A stretch of DNA of 64,000 nucleotides from the IMG/VR virus record IMGVR_UViG_3300042946_000581, positions 1 to 64,000 of that record; one strand, written 5' to 3'. The DNA is from a virus (lineage: Duplodnaviria > Caudoviricetes). The first letter of the stretch is position 1. The number at the start of each line of letters is the position of its first letter. The translations under genes and the position numbers were made by a program. This document shows, piece by piece, positions 27,252-37,820 of the stretch. The notes under the pieces were generated by a model. The model made no database searches. It saw only the letters and a list, made by a program, of their open reading frames with translations, and was not told the origin of the DNA.

Positions 27252-27710
27252 ATGAAAAAAGGAAAAACTTCAAAAATCCAAGGATTTAAAACTGCAAAGA
27301 TTTTATACGGAACTGTTGATTCTATTGAACTTAAATCAATGTATCTCAACATACAAACTTGGGTTGAACCTCAACTTGAACTTGAAAATTGGAATCGTGT
27401 TACATTGAATTTATCAAGAAAAGTCAAACACACAATTTACAATAATATAAATACTGAATTATTTGAAAAAAATTTTATAGTCGATTTGGATTTAAGGTCT
27501 AGTGGATTGCAAATGGATAAAAAATCTTTTCTTAATCTTGAGATTAATTTTTTCTTAAATCAAAAAGATATAGATTTTAAGTCAAACAATGTTAAGGAAT
27601 TTTTAAAAAATTTAACAAAAAAAATTATCCAAGAAAATCTTACCAACAATTATTATTTCAGTTTTAGTCTAACTAAAAAGAGTGATGAGTTAATAAATAT
27701 AAAAACATAA
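27252..27710 (+). CDS. Hypothetical protein
   Basis: ORF track; MKKGK...YGTVD...IVDLDLRSSG. Confidence 0.7.
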   Translation: MKKGKTSKIQGFKTAKILYGTVDSIELKSMYLNIQTWVEPQLELENWNRVTLNLSRKVKHTIYNNINTELFEKNFIVDLDLRSSGLQMDKKSFLNLEINFFLNQKDIDFKSNNVKEFLKNLTKKIIQENLTNNYYFSFSLTKKSDELINIKT

Positions 27711-27734
27711 ATATTTATTAATAAAAATCACAAA

Positions 27735-28454
27735 ATGAACTTAAGAATTTTAAATCCAGGTGAATTAGGTAAAGGAATATTAATTGAGAATGATGGTTGG
27801 GTATCTCCAAGAACTGAACATAATTCATTTATATTAGAACAAAAATCTTATTTAGATTACTCCAAACCATTTGAATTTTATGCTGTATTACAAAAATACA
27901 ATACACCAAATAGGAATGGTAGAATCTATCCTGAGAGAATATTAAAAAGAGAAGCAGAGAATTATAAAAAGATGATTCAAAAAGGAACATCTTTATCCGA
28001 ATTAAACCACCCAGAATCATCTCTAATTGACCTAGATAGGGCTTCACATTTAATTACTGAGGTATGGTGGGAAGGACCAGTTTTAATGGGTAAATTAAAG
28101 TTATTAACAAGTCCAGGATTTCACGAGAGAGGAATTGTATCAACAAAAGGTGATATGGCGGCAAACTATCTAAGACAAGGTGTTACTCTTGGTATATCTT
28201 CTCGTGGAGTTGGTTCATTAAAAAAAGTTGGGGAACAAAACGAAGTTCAAGATGATTTTGAATTAATTTGTTTTGATTTGGTATCTTCGCCGTCTACACC
28301 TGGGGCATATCTTTTTTTAAATAAAGAAGATAGAGCAAGTTTAGATGAAAATTTAGATGATGATAAAAAAATGTCTGTTGAAAGAAACGTTGGTCAAACT
28401 GGTAATAAATCACTTGACTTAATGAAAAGATTAAACGATTATTTAGGACATTAA
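27735..28454 (+). CDS. Prohead core protease (T4 gp21-like)
   Basis: NRNGRIYP, ELNHP, GISSRGVGS, DLVSSPSTPGA. Confidence 0.93.
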   Translation: MNLRILNPGELGKGILIENDGWVSPRTEHNSFILEQKSYLDYSKPFEFYAVLQKYNTPNRNGRIYPERILKREAENYKKMIQKGTSLSELNHPESSLIDLDRASHLITEVWWEGPVLMGKLKLLTSPGFHERGIVSTKGDMAANYLRQGVTLGISSRGVGSLKKVGEQNEVQDDFELICFDLVSSPSTPGAYLFLNKEDRASLDENLDDDKKMSVERNVGQTGNKSLDLMKRLNDYLGH

Positions 28455-28481
28455 TTAATATTTAAAAAAAATTCTAGAATT

Positions 28482-28697
28482 ATGGAAGATGGACAAAAAT
28501 ATTTTGTTGCAAAAATCGCTGAAGATTTTGTTGATGATGAAACTGGTAAGGTTAAAAAAATCAAACTTGAAAAATTGGTTATGGGATATACCCCAACTGA
28601 TGTTGAAGCTAAAATAACCAAGATTTATGAACATTACACAACTGATTGGCGAATTACAGCAATTGTTGAAAGTAAAATTGATGAAGTAATAGAGTAA
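28482..28697 (+). CDS. DUF4494-like small protein
   Basis: YFVAKI...ETGKVKK...LV...TDVEAKI...ESKIDEV. Confidence 0.6.
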   Translation: MEDGQKYFVAKIAEDFVDDETGKVKKIKLEKLVMGYTPTDVEAKITKIYEHYTTDWRITAIVESKIDEVIE

Positions 28698-28864
28698 ATA
28701 ATTCATCAATAATTTTGATAAGGATAATCCAAAAAAATGGGTTATCCTTATTTTTTTTGTCAAAACATCATATTTATATTATATAAAATATATTTTTTTG
28801 TGTTGTATTATATACAAAAAAATTTTTTTTGAAAAATTAACATATTTATATAATAAAAAACGAA

Positions 28865-30322
28865 ATGGCAGAAAAGAAATCATTAGTTGAAGAAACAATC
28901 TTACAAATGAAAAATTTGGAAGATGTTGTAACTGAAAATGCAAAAGGAATACTTGCCTCTACTATGAGACAAGAAATCAAAGAATTGGTAAAAGAATCTC
29001 TCAAAGAACAAGACGATGAAGAGGTTGAAGATGATATGGGTATGGAGGATGACGATATGGAAATTGAGGATGATGATATGGACATAGAGGATGACGATAT
29101 GGACATAGAGGACGATATGGATATGTCAGAACCTGATATGGAGGTTGATACAATAGATCTCACAAAGCAACCAGCTTCAGAAGTATTAAGAGTTTTCAAA
29201 CTTTTGAGTCCTGAAGATGAGGTCGTTATCACCAAAGATACTGTGGGTAACATAAACTTAAAAGACCAAGAAACAAACAAAGAGTATATGATTGTTACCG
29301 AAGGTATGGATGAATACGATGAAATGGATATGATGGAAATGGAAGATGAAATGGACATGATGGAAATGGACGATGAAATGGACATGATGGAAATGGACGA
29401 TGAAATGGACATGATGGAAATGGACGATATGGGTTATGGTATGGATGAGGAAGAAGAAACTTTATACGAAATTGAAATGGATGATTATGATGTTGAATCA
29501 GCGTTTGAAGATGAATTCGGAGAAGGTTTTGACTTTGAAGATGAAGAAGGTTTTGAAGATGAATATATGATGGAATCAAAAAAATCAACAAAAAAACCAA
29601 AAGGTATGGGTTTTGGTTCAGCATCTAAATTCAAATATTCTAAAAAACCAAATCAAGAAGGTGGTTTTAAAGAAGATATGAAACAAGGCACTAAAGGCGT
29701 AGGCATGGGTTCTGCTAAAAAAGTAAATGTATACAAAGAAACGCCAGTTAAAGGTGACTTTAAAATCAAACCCAAACCCAAAAAAGAAACAAAAGAAAGT
29801 ATGACAATGATGCCTAAAAAAGTAGAAACAAAAGAGGCCGCACGTACTTTAGGAAACGGAAAATATTGGGGTAGAGAAGGACTTCCAAAACCAAAAGCAG
29901 CACCACGTCATATCAGAAAAGAATCTATTGACAATTCTGAACTTCTAATCCTTAGAGAAAAAAATGAAGAGTATAGAAAAGCATTAAATATTTTTAGAAA
30001 TAAACTTGATGAAGTTGCAATCTTTAATTCAAACTTAGCGTACGCAACTAGATTGTTTACTGAACATTCAACTTCAAAACAAGAAAAAATTAACATTCTA
30101 CAAAGATTTGATGGCGTTGAAACTCTTAAAGAATCTAAAAATTTGTATAAAAGTATTAAAGACGAACTTACGACAACTAAGACTAGTCAAATTACAGAAT
30201 CAATTGAAAGAACAATCGAAAAAACACCTTCAACAGGTTCGGCAATTAATTTAATTGAATCAAAAACATATGAAAATCCACAATTCTTAAGAATGAAGGA
30301 TTTAATGTCAAAATTAAAATAA
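28865..30322 (+). CDS. Prohead scaffolding/core protein (gp22 position)
   Basis: Highly acidic D/E/M repeats, coiled-coil C-terminus, immediately upstream of the major capsid gene; late motif at 28842. Confidence 0.75.
   Translation: MAEKKSLVEETILQMKNLEDVVTENAKGILASTMRQEIKELVKESLKEQDDEEVEDDMGMEDDDMEIEDDDMDIEDDDMDIEDDMDMSEPDMEVDTIDLTKQPASEVLRVFKLLSPEDEVVITKDTVGNINLKDQETNKEYMIVTEGMDEYDEMDMMEMEDEMDMMEMDDEMDMMEMDDEMDMMEMDDMGYGMDEEEETLYEIEMDDYDVESAFEDEFGEGFDFEDEEGFEDEYMMESKKSTKKPKGMGFGSASKFKYSKKPNQEGGFKEDMKQGTKGVGMGSAKKVNVYKETPVKGDFKIKPKPKKETKESMTMMPKKVETKEAARTLGNGKYWGREGLPKPKAAPRHIRKESIDNSELLILREKNEEYRKALNIFRNKLDEVAIFNSNLAYATRLFTEHSTSKQEKINILQRFDGVETLKESKNLYKSIKDELTTTKTSQITESIERTIEKTPSTGSAINLIESKTYENPQFLRMKDLMSKLK
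29318..29430 (+). repeat. 27-nt tandem repeat encoding (DEMDMMEMD)n
   Basis: gatgaaatggacatgatggaaatggac repeated about 4 times. Confidence 0.85.
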
Positions 30323-30352
30323 ACAATAAAACTAAAACAAAACAAATACAAA

Positions 30353-32221
30353 ATGGGAGCATTATTAGAAAGCGGTCTTGTTGGTAATATTGGTTTAAAA
30401 CACCTTAAAGTTATCAAAGAAGATACTATTAACAAATGGGATAGATTAGGATTCCTTGATGGCCTTAGAGGTCACCTAAAAGAAAACGTAGCTCAGTTAT
30501 ATGAAAACCAAGCTTCACACTTAATCAATGAGGCAACATCTGATGGAAGTTCTGGTTCATTCGAAACAGTTGTATTTCCAATCGTTAGACGTGTATTCTC
30601 TAAATTATTAGCGAATGATATCGTATCTGTACAAGCTATGAACTTACCTATTGGTAAATTGTTCTACTTCGTACCTAAAATCCAAGGATATACTGGTGCT
30701 ACTTATCCTGGTAGTGGTATTCCTAATGGTGATAGTGGTCAACACTACGCTCCTGTAGGAAGTCCTGGTAACTATCCTGGTGATCCAAGTGCGGGTTATG
30801 GTACAAGTAGTGGTGCTTTCACAAAAAATCTTTATGATTTATTCTACGAAGGAAATGAAGCAGGTTTAGATCCAGCTGGTCTTTTCGATTACTCTAAAGG
30901 TCGTTGGTCTGCTATTACAGAAGCCGCAACTGTTATGGTATGGAGTAATAGTGCAGTTGTTTCTGCAACTACACAATACCCAGCAACAACTAATGTTAGA
31001 AAGGTTCTTATTCAAATGTGTGGTTTCCAAGATAGTGGTGTAGGTAAATTAATCGCACCTGATGGAAGTGAAATAGACACTGAAGCATTCTTATCTGATT
31101 TAAGAATTTATGCTACAGATGCTCAGGCTTCATCACCCTTCAGTGCAACAACTCCTTGTAATTCAATTTATACTTCTATAGGTGTAAGAAATTCTCTTCT
31201 TTTCCGTGTAGTTACACAACAATATGGTAAAGGTATTGTTCAACCAACATCTACTAATACAAAAACAACTTGGCCTTCAAATGGTGGTGGTACTTACAAT
31301 GACATTTGTAATCAAAATGGTTGTATTTTATTAGAAGTTGATTTATCTTGTCCAGTTTGTGCTGATTGTGATGCAACATCTTTAGATGGTTACACAGGTA
31401 CTACATTGACTGGTGGACTTTCAGGTTCAGCATTTACTGCAGTATTCAGAAGATACGAAGAACTTGAATTTGAAGATAAAATTGGTGAAGTTTCTTTTGA
31501 CCTTGAATCAGTAACTGTTTCTGTAACTGAAAGAAAACTTAGAGCTCAATGGTCTCCTGAACTTGCTCAAGACGTTGCAGCATTCCATAACATTGATGCT
31601 GAGGCTGAATTAACTGCCCTTCTTTCTGAACAAGTTGCAGCTGAAATCGATAGAGAAATCCTACGTGACCTTAGAAAAGGTGCTGCTTGGAACTTGAGAT
31701 GGGACTACAACGGATGGAGAAGATTACAAAATAACACTTCTTATACTCAAAAAGATTGGAATCAAACGTTGATTACAGCTATCAACCAACTTTCAGCTCA
31801 AATCCACAAATCAACTCTTAGAGGTGGTGCTAACTGGATTGTTGTTTCTTCTGAGGTTTCTGCAATCTTTGATGACTTGGAATACTTCCACGTATCAAAT
31901 GCTTCTCCTGAGCAAGACCAATACAATATGGGTATTGAAAGAGTAGGTACATTAGCTGGTAGATACCAAGTATATCGTGACCCTTACTTCCCACCTAACC
32001 AAGTGTTAATCGGACATAAAGGTACTTCACTTCTTGATACTGGTTACATCTACGCTCCGTATGTTCCACTTCAATTAACTCCAACAATGTATAATCCATT
32101 CAACTTTACTCCTATCAAGGGTATTATGACTAGATACGCGAAAAAAATGGTGAACAACCGCTTTTATGCGAGAATTACAGTTGATGGTGTTAGAACATTT
32201 GACTTACAAGAATTGAGATAG
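30353..32221 (+). CDS. Major capsid protein (T4 gp23-like)
   Basis: VRRVF..LLANDIVSVQAMNLPIG, RKLRAQWSPELAQD, AEIDREI, GYIYAPYVPL, GIMTRYA. Confidence 0.96.
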   Translation: MGALLESGLVGNIGLKHLKVIKEDTINKWDRLGFLDGLRGHLKENVAQLYENQASHLINEATSDGSSGSFETVVFPIVRRVFSKLLANDIVSVQAMNLPIGKLFYFVPKIQGYTGATYPGSGIPNGDSGQHYAPVGSPGNYPGDPSAGYGTSSGAFTKNLYDLFYEGNEAGLDPAGLFDYSKGRWSAITEAATVMVWSNSAVVSATTQYPATTNVRKVLIQMCGFQDSGVGKLIAPDGSEIDTEAFLSDLRIYATDAQASSPFSATTPCNSIYTSIGVRNSLLFRVVTQQYGKGIVQPTSTNTKTTWPSNGGGTYNDICNQNGCILLEVDLSCPVCADCDATSLDGYTGTTLTGGLSGSAFTAVFRRYEELEFEDKIGEVSFDLESVTVSVTERKLRAQWSPELAQDVAAFHNIDAEAELTALLSEQVAAEIDREILRDLRKGAAWNLRWDYNGWRRLQNNTSYTQKDWNQTLITAINQLSAQIHKSTLRGGANWIVVSSEVSAIFDDLEYFHVSNASPEQDQYNMGIERVGTLAGRYQVYRDPYFPPNQVLIGHKGTSLLDTGYIYAPYVPLQLTPTMYNPFNFTPIKGIMTRYAKKMVNNRFYARITVDGVRTFDLQELR

Positions 32222-32242
32222 TAAATCTTAATAAAAAATGAC

Positions 32243-32275
32243 GAGAGGGACAAGTTTTTGTCCCTCTTTTTTTTT
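32243..32275 (+). terminator. Intrinsic terminator after the major capsid gene
   Basis: AGAGGGACAA-GTTT-TTGTCCCTCT followed by T-run. Confidence 0.8.
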
Positions 32276-32328
32276 ATTTTAAATTTAAATAATTGACTTT
32301 ATGTTTGTATTATTTATATTTAAAATAT

Positions 32329-33009
32329 ATGAAACGAATAGAATTAGATAACGGAACGATTAATGAAATCATTAGATTATACAACGATGAAATGTTGGGT
32401 AGTCCATCTATTTCTGATAAATTAGGTATAAAAAGACATATTGTTTTACGTGTATTAAAAGAAAACAATGTTAAAGTTGGAGTGTCTGGTCAAAAATTTA
32501 AAGGAGGTAAAAAAAATGCAAATAAAAAATACCTTATTAAAAATAAAGAAAGATTGACTGAGTACCATAAAGAATGGTCAAAAGAAAATAGAGACCGACT
32601 CAATGAATACCACAAAGAATGGAGGGGGAAGAACATTGACAAACATAGAGAAGTAAAACGTACCTATCAAAAGAACAAAAGACATACTGACCCAATTTAC
32701 AAACTTATATCAAATTTTAGAACTGCGATATACACTGTATTAAAGGAACATAATTTGGGTAAATACACCAATTATTTTAAAATGGTAGGTTATTTACCAC
32801 AGGATTTAAGAACTCATTTAGAGAAACAATTTACTAATGGAATGAGTTGGGAAAATTATGGTAAATGGCATGTTGATCATATTAAACCAATATCTTCATT
32901 TACATTTAATAGTAGTGAAGATGAAGAATTTAAAGAATGTTGGTCTTTAGATAATCTTCAGCCAATGTGGGGGATTGAAAATATTAAAAAAAGTAATAAA
33001 ATATTATGA
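32329..33009 (+). mobile_element. HNH homing endonuclease
   Basis: N-terminal HTH; GMSWENYGKWHVDHIKP...NLQPMWGIENIKKSN. Confidence 0.85.
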
Positions 33010-33104
33010 AAAAAGGAGTAAGTTTTTAACCCCTTTTTTTTATTTAGGGTTAAAATTAAATGGATTGACTTAGATATTTATTATAGTATAATTAAATAAA
33101 AACT

Positions 33105-34808
33105 ATGTCATTAACATTATCACAAATACAAAATATAATTCAGTTATACATAAATGAGGGTTACTCTACCCACAAATTAGCTGAACAATTTAAGGTAGGA
33201 CATAAGAAGATTAGTCAAATCCTTAAGGACAATAATATAGAAATTAAAAAGAGGGGTGGACAAATTAAGATTGGCAATAGTAGTGAATTAGAAAAATCCA
33301 AGATAAATAAATACATTTCTGAGGATAAGGAACTTACTGCTAAGTGTAAACAAACAAATATCATAATTAATGACCCCAACAATTTATCAGGAAAATTAAC
33401 AAAACATATAATTGATTTATATGGTGATATTAATATTCCAACAAACACATATCAAAGAAAGAAATACGAACAAATCAATGGTAAAAAATGGTTTGAGGAA
33501 TATTTTGATATAATAGAAATTGATAAAGATATAAAAAGAAAATGTGGGTTATGTGAATGGGAAACAACTGATATTAATAACAAATCTGGTTGTTTTACAA
33601 ATCATATACAAGATGTGCATAATATATCTCTTGATGACTATTTGATTCAATTCCCTAATGATATACAATATCACCAAAATTACATTAAAAAGACAGATAG
33701 AGATAAAGAATTATTATTACAAGAAAATTTCGTTATATGTCAATTGTGTAATAAAAAAATGAAATCCATTACTAATTCACATTTATTAAATAAACACAAT
33801 ATTACTGTTGAGGAATACAAACTTAAATTTCCAAATTCAAAAATTGTATCGGAATCAACATCAAATGTTCTAAGTGAACTTATTAAAGAAACAAATATAA
33901 ATTTTCAACCAACTTGGACATCAAAAGGTGAAACTGAAATTAAAGAGTTTATTGAAGGTTTGGGATTTGAAATTTATAAGGGGAAAAATAGAAAATTATT
34001 GGAGGGTAAGGAAATTGATTTAATTATACCAAAACTTAAAATAGCTATTGAATATAATGGATTATATTTTCATACTGAAGAAATGGGTAAAAATTCAATA
34101 TACCATTTGAATAAAACATTGGCTTGTAATCAATTGGGGTTTAAACTAATTCACGTTTTTGAAGATGAGTGGATGGCAAATAGAGAATTGGTTAAATCAA
34201 AACTAAAACATATTCTTGGCGTTAGTGATGGAATTAAAGTTGGTGCAAGAAAAACAATTATTAAAGAAATCATTAAAGAAGATAAGTCATATTTTTTAGA
34301 TGAGTTTCATATTCAAGGAAATGATAAATCAGATATTTTTTATGGTGCTTATTATGATAATATTTTGGTTGGGGTTATGACATTCAATAGTCAAAGAAAT
34401 ATGACAAAAAATAATGATGGGGAATATGAATTAAGTAGATTTTCTACAAGACAAGGATATGTTATAAGTGGATTGGGTTCTAAAATGATGAAACAATTCA
34501 TAACTGATTATTCTCCTAAAAGTATAATAAGTTTTGCTGATAGAAGATGGACTACAGATGGAAACAATAATATGTATATAAATTTGGGATTTGAACTTGT
34601 ATCAATATTAAAACCTACTTATTTCTATTATAGTTCAAAGATTAATCGATATAAGAGGTATCATAAGTTTTCTTTTGGTAAAAACAATTTAAAAAAGAAA
34701 TATACTAATTTGGATTTTAATAAAAGTGAATCTGAGTTAACCAAAGAATTGGGATTTTCCAAAATATGGGATTGTGGATTATTTAAATATAAGATTAATT
34801 TTTTTTAA
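33105..34808 (+). mobile_element. Multi-domain putative homing endonuclease: HTH, C2H2-like zinc fingers, PD-(D/E)xK nuclease and GNAT-like C-terminus
   Basis: CGLC..H...H, CQLC..H...H, EIDLIIPKLKIAIEYNGLYFH, ELSRF...GLGSK...SFADRRW...YINLGF. Confidence 0.75.
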
Positions 34809-34841
34809 TAATTATGATATTTATAAAATAAAAGATTACTT

Positions 34842-36008
34842 ATGAGGTCTAACAATGATATAAGAATTAGAGCTATTTCCTACAATTTAAAATATTTTTT
34901 TACAAATAAAGGTATTGTACAAATAGATAATAGGTTAAATGAAAACATTATTAAATATAATGCCAGTAATTTAAGTTATGGGATTAATATGTTGAGAGAA
35001 AATATGCAAGTTAAATTTAATTTGGGTTTAATTTCAATGGAAGATTATTTGTTTTCATCAAGAAAGTTTTTATACGAAATGATGAATAAAATAAATTCAA
35101 AAAATGGAACTAGTATATTAACAGAATGGGAAAGAAAATATAGTTCAGATACAAGAATTATTACTGAAAATTTTAATCCTAAAGATATAGTTAAAAGTTA
35201 TAATTTAGGTTGGTATGGTGTTGAGACATTGTACCAAGAAAGAATTAATAATTTAATTATTAAAGAAGACATATTGGGTAATATATGGGGTGGTATTAAA
35301 TCTTTTGCTGAATGGGGTTGGAATAACATTAAAGACACAATTACTAAGGCAATGACGTGTACTTCAGGTCAGGGGGCTATTGAATGTTTTATGGAAGGGT
35401 TAAGAACTGTTGCAACGTCATTATTGGGTGTTGGTGTGTTAACTGGTGTGTCATTTATTTCTCCGATAGGACAAATTCCAAATCTTATTATATTTGGGGC
35501 TTTATTAATTTATGATATATGGAAAATGATGACAGGTAAAGAATATAAAGTCGTTGATATTGTTGTTGATATTGTTTCATTATTAACACCATTAATCGCC
35601 AAAGGATTGGGGTCATTACTTAAAGGTGTTTCTAATTTTGTTGGTTTGGGTAAATTGGCGGCAACTAGTGGGGGTGTTTTGAGTAAATTCCTTCCAACTT
35701 TGATGAAAGGATTAGGTAGTTTATCTGGTATTATTAGTAAAGTTGTAAGTTTTTTTTCCATCAAATTGGGTATAAAATGGATTGCGGATATGTCAAGTAC
35801 AACAACACAAGGTTTGGAAAAAATTACTGATGAAGTACAAGAAGGAATAGATTCTGAAAAAGAAAAATTAAAAGGTAGTGACGATTTAGGTGACTTAGAT
35901 GATATGGACGATTTAGACGATTTGGAGGATGAAAATATTGATGGTTTTGGTGATGAGGAAGAAGATATTGATGGTGATTTAAATATGCCTAATGATAAAC
36001 CAATGTAG
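34842..36008 (+). CDS. Late virion-associated protein with hydrophobic/Gly-rich helices
   Basis: Late motif at 34817; L-x-E sites followed by TM-like segments. Confidence 0.6.
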   Translation: MRSNNDIRIRAISYNLKYFFTNKGIVQIDNRLNENIIKYNASNLSYGINMLRENMQVKFNLGLISMEDYLFSSRKFLYEMMNKINSKNGTSILTEWERKYSSDTRIITENFNPKDIVKSYNLGWYGVETLYQERINNLIIKEDILGNIWGGIKSFAEWGWNNIKDTITKAMTCTSGQGAIECFMEGLRTVATSLLGVGVLTGVSFISPIGQIPNLIIFGALLIYDIWKMMTGKEYKVVDIVVDIVSLLTPLIAKGLGSLLKGVSNFVGLGKLAATSGGVLSKFLPTLMKGLGSLSGIISKVVSFFSIKLGIKWIADMSSTTTQGLEKITDEVQEGIDSEKEKLKGSDDLGDLDDMDDLDDLEDENIDGFGDEEEDIDGDLNMPNDKPM

Positions 36009-36075
36009 TCAAAAAAAAAATAAAATAACCTATAATTTTTAAAGAAATTAACATATTTATATTAAAACAATTATT

Positions 36076-37479
36076 ATGAAAAAACTATATTTTTTAAACG
36101 AAGAAGAAAAACAAAGAATCTTAAAATTACATAAAAGCCGTCAAGTTGGTAAATTTTGGTTAAATGAACAAGCTTTAGATAATCCAGATGAAACTATGGA
36201 AACGGGATTACCTAGAGGTACTTGGACAAAAGAGCAAGCTTCAATGTTTGATTTGGTTATTAATAATTATAAAAAGATGAGTGCTGGAGAAAGAGATAGA
36301 TTCATAAATGGTATAAAAAGTTTTTGTGCTGACAATGTTTTTGGTAGTCCAACTATGAGTACTACCGCTTTAAAAGCTAATGGTAAGGCTTTTGAAATTT
36401 TGATGAAAAGAAACGCATACACAATTGCTATTTTTAGTGGAGGTAGAGGGTTTGCCAATCCTAAAGAATTAGTCCCTTATTTTCAAGAATTAAAGAATAT
36501 ACCAAATTTTTGTTGGTCTGTAAAAAACATTACAGATTTAAGGGGGGAAGAAACTATTATAGATATCGCTGATGAGATTTTTAATGAAACAGATTTTGTT
36601 GCTAATTTTATAAACCCAGTAAAAGCATTAGCCATAGCAACAAAAATTGCTACATATGATACTGAAGAAGGTGAAAAAATTAAAGCTAAAGGAGGTGTTG
36701 ATGATGCGGAATGGGAAAAAACGCAATTAGAGTTTTATAAAACATATCCTTGTTTGGCGGATGTTGCTGTTGCAAGTAAAGCTAAAAATGCTATAGTAGT
36801 TCAAAACCCAAGTGAACACGAACAAATCATTGACCAATCTCAAAGAAAACGAACAAATATTACTGACAAGACAACTTTTATGTCGGATGGTACTTATATT
36901 ACATATACTGATGCCAAGGCTAATGCTTTAAGTGGAAAATTTCAATGTTCACGTGATGGAGAATTAACACTATTGTATCCCGGTAAAGTTGGCATGGGTA
37001 GTGAAGGTGGTATATATTCTAAATGGCCTTGTTTAGGACAATCTAGAAAAGATGGAACTCCATATACTGAAATTGACTCTAGTGATAATAATCAAGCAAT
37101 TATGGCGGATGAGGAAAGAAAGACACATCCAATATTTAGTGGTTACCCAGAAGGTGATATCTACTTTAGTATTGATGGGACTTTCTTAACTGAAAATGAT
37201 TTTAATAATGACCTTGATAAATCAGGTAGATTTAAATGTAAATCAAAAGGTAGAATTTTTGCGGCACCATTTAAAGGTGTATCAACAGAACCAATCAAAC
37301 CTAATCCAATTGTAACAACAACCAATAGAGGAGGTAGTAAAACTGCAGGTGGTATGGGAACAGTTTCAGCATCTCCATCATACATTAGTGAAATATTAAA
37401 ATGTGCTAAGATTGGAGGTTCTACTTTAGACCAAAACGCATTAAATCAGTTATATGATTACATAAAAAATAATAAATAA
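36076..37479 (+). CDS. Putative internal head protein with two PC...C repeats
   Basis: MKKLYFLNEEEKQRILKLH; YPCL...GKFQC and WPCL...GRFKC. Confidence 0.6.
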   Translation: MKKLYFLNEEEKQRILKLHKSRQVGKFWLNEQALDNPDETMETGLPRGTWTKEQASMFDLVINNYKKMSAGERDRFINGIKSFCADNVFGSPTMSTTALKANGKAFEILMKRNAYTIAIFSGGRGFANPKELVPYFQELKNIPNFCWSVKNITDLRGEETIIDIADEIFNETDFVANFINPVKALAIATKIATYDTEEGEKIKAKGGVDDAEWEKTQLEFYKTYPCLADVAVASKAKNAIVVQNPSEHEQIIDQSQRKRTNITDKTTFMSDGTYITYTDAKANALSGKFQCSRDGELTLLYPGKVGMGSEGGIYSKWPCLGQSRKDGTPYTEIDSSDNNQAIMADEERKTHPIFSGYPEGDIYFSIDGTFLTENDFNNDLDKSGRFKCKSKGRIFAAPFKGVSTEPIKPNPIVTTTNRGGSKTAGGMGTVSASPSYISEILKCAKIGGSTLDQNALNQLYDYIKNNK

Positions 37480-37496
37480 TAATCAAACAAAGAAAT

Positions 37497-37811
37497 ATGA
37501 GACTATTAATAAGTGAAAGTGAAAAAAGTAGAATTTTAAATTTACATAGACCAAAATTCTTATTTGAGCAATCAACAAATATAACTATTAGTGATTTACA
37601 ATCATTGATTGGCGTAAGTATAGATAACAATCTAGGACCTCAAACCGCAAATAAATTATTAGAAGTATTAAAAAGTATTCCTGGTAATGGTTGTAGTGCT
37701 AATTTTGTTCCTCCAACAGGAGGAGGAGGTAGTGGGACAATTAAACCAATTGGGACTAATACGGGCGGTAGTTCTAACTTTATAAAAAGCCCAACTAATT
37801 ACGAAAAATAA
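37497..37811 (+). CDS. Putative internal head protein with peptidoglycan-binding-like motif
   Basis: MRLLISESEKSRILNLH; LQSLIGVSIDNNLGPQT. Confidence 0.6.
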   Translation: MRLLISESEKSRILNLHRPKFLFEQSTNITISDLQSLIGVSIDNNLGPQTANKLLEVLKSIPGNGCSANFVPPTGGGGSGTIKPIGTNTGGSSNFIKSPTNYEK

Positions 37812-37820
37812 ATTTTAATT

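Noticed and set aside
22498-32221. Introns or inteins in the terminase, portal or major capsid genes
   Set aside because: The ORFs are continuous and show no intein C/S...HN signatures
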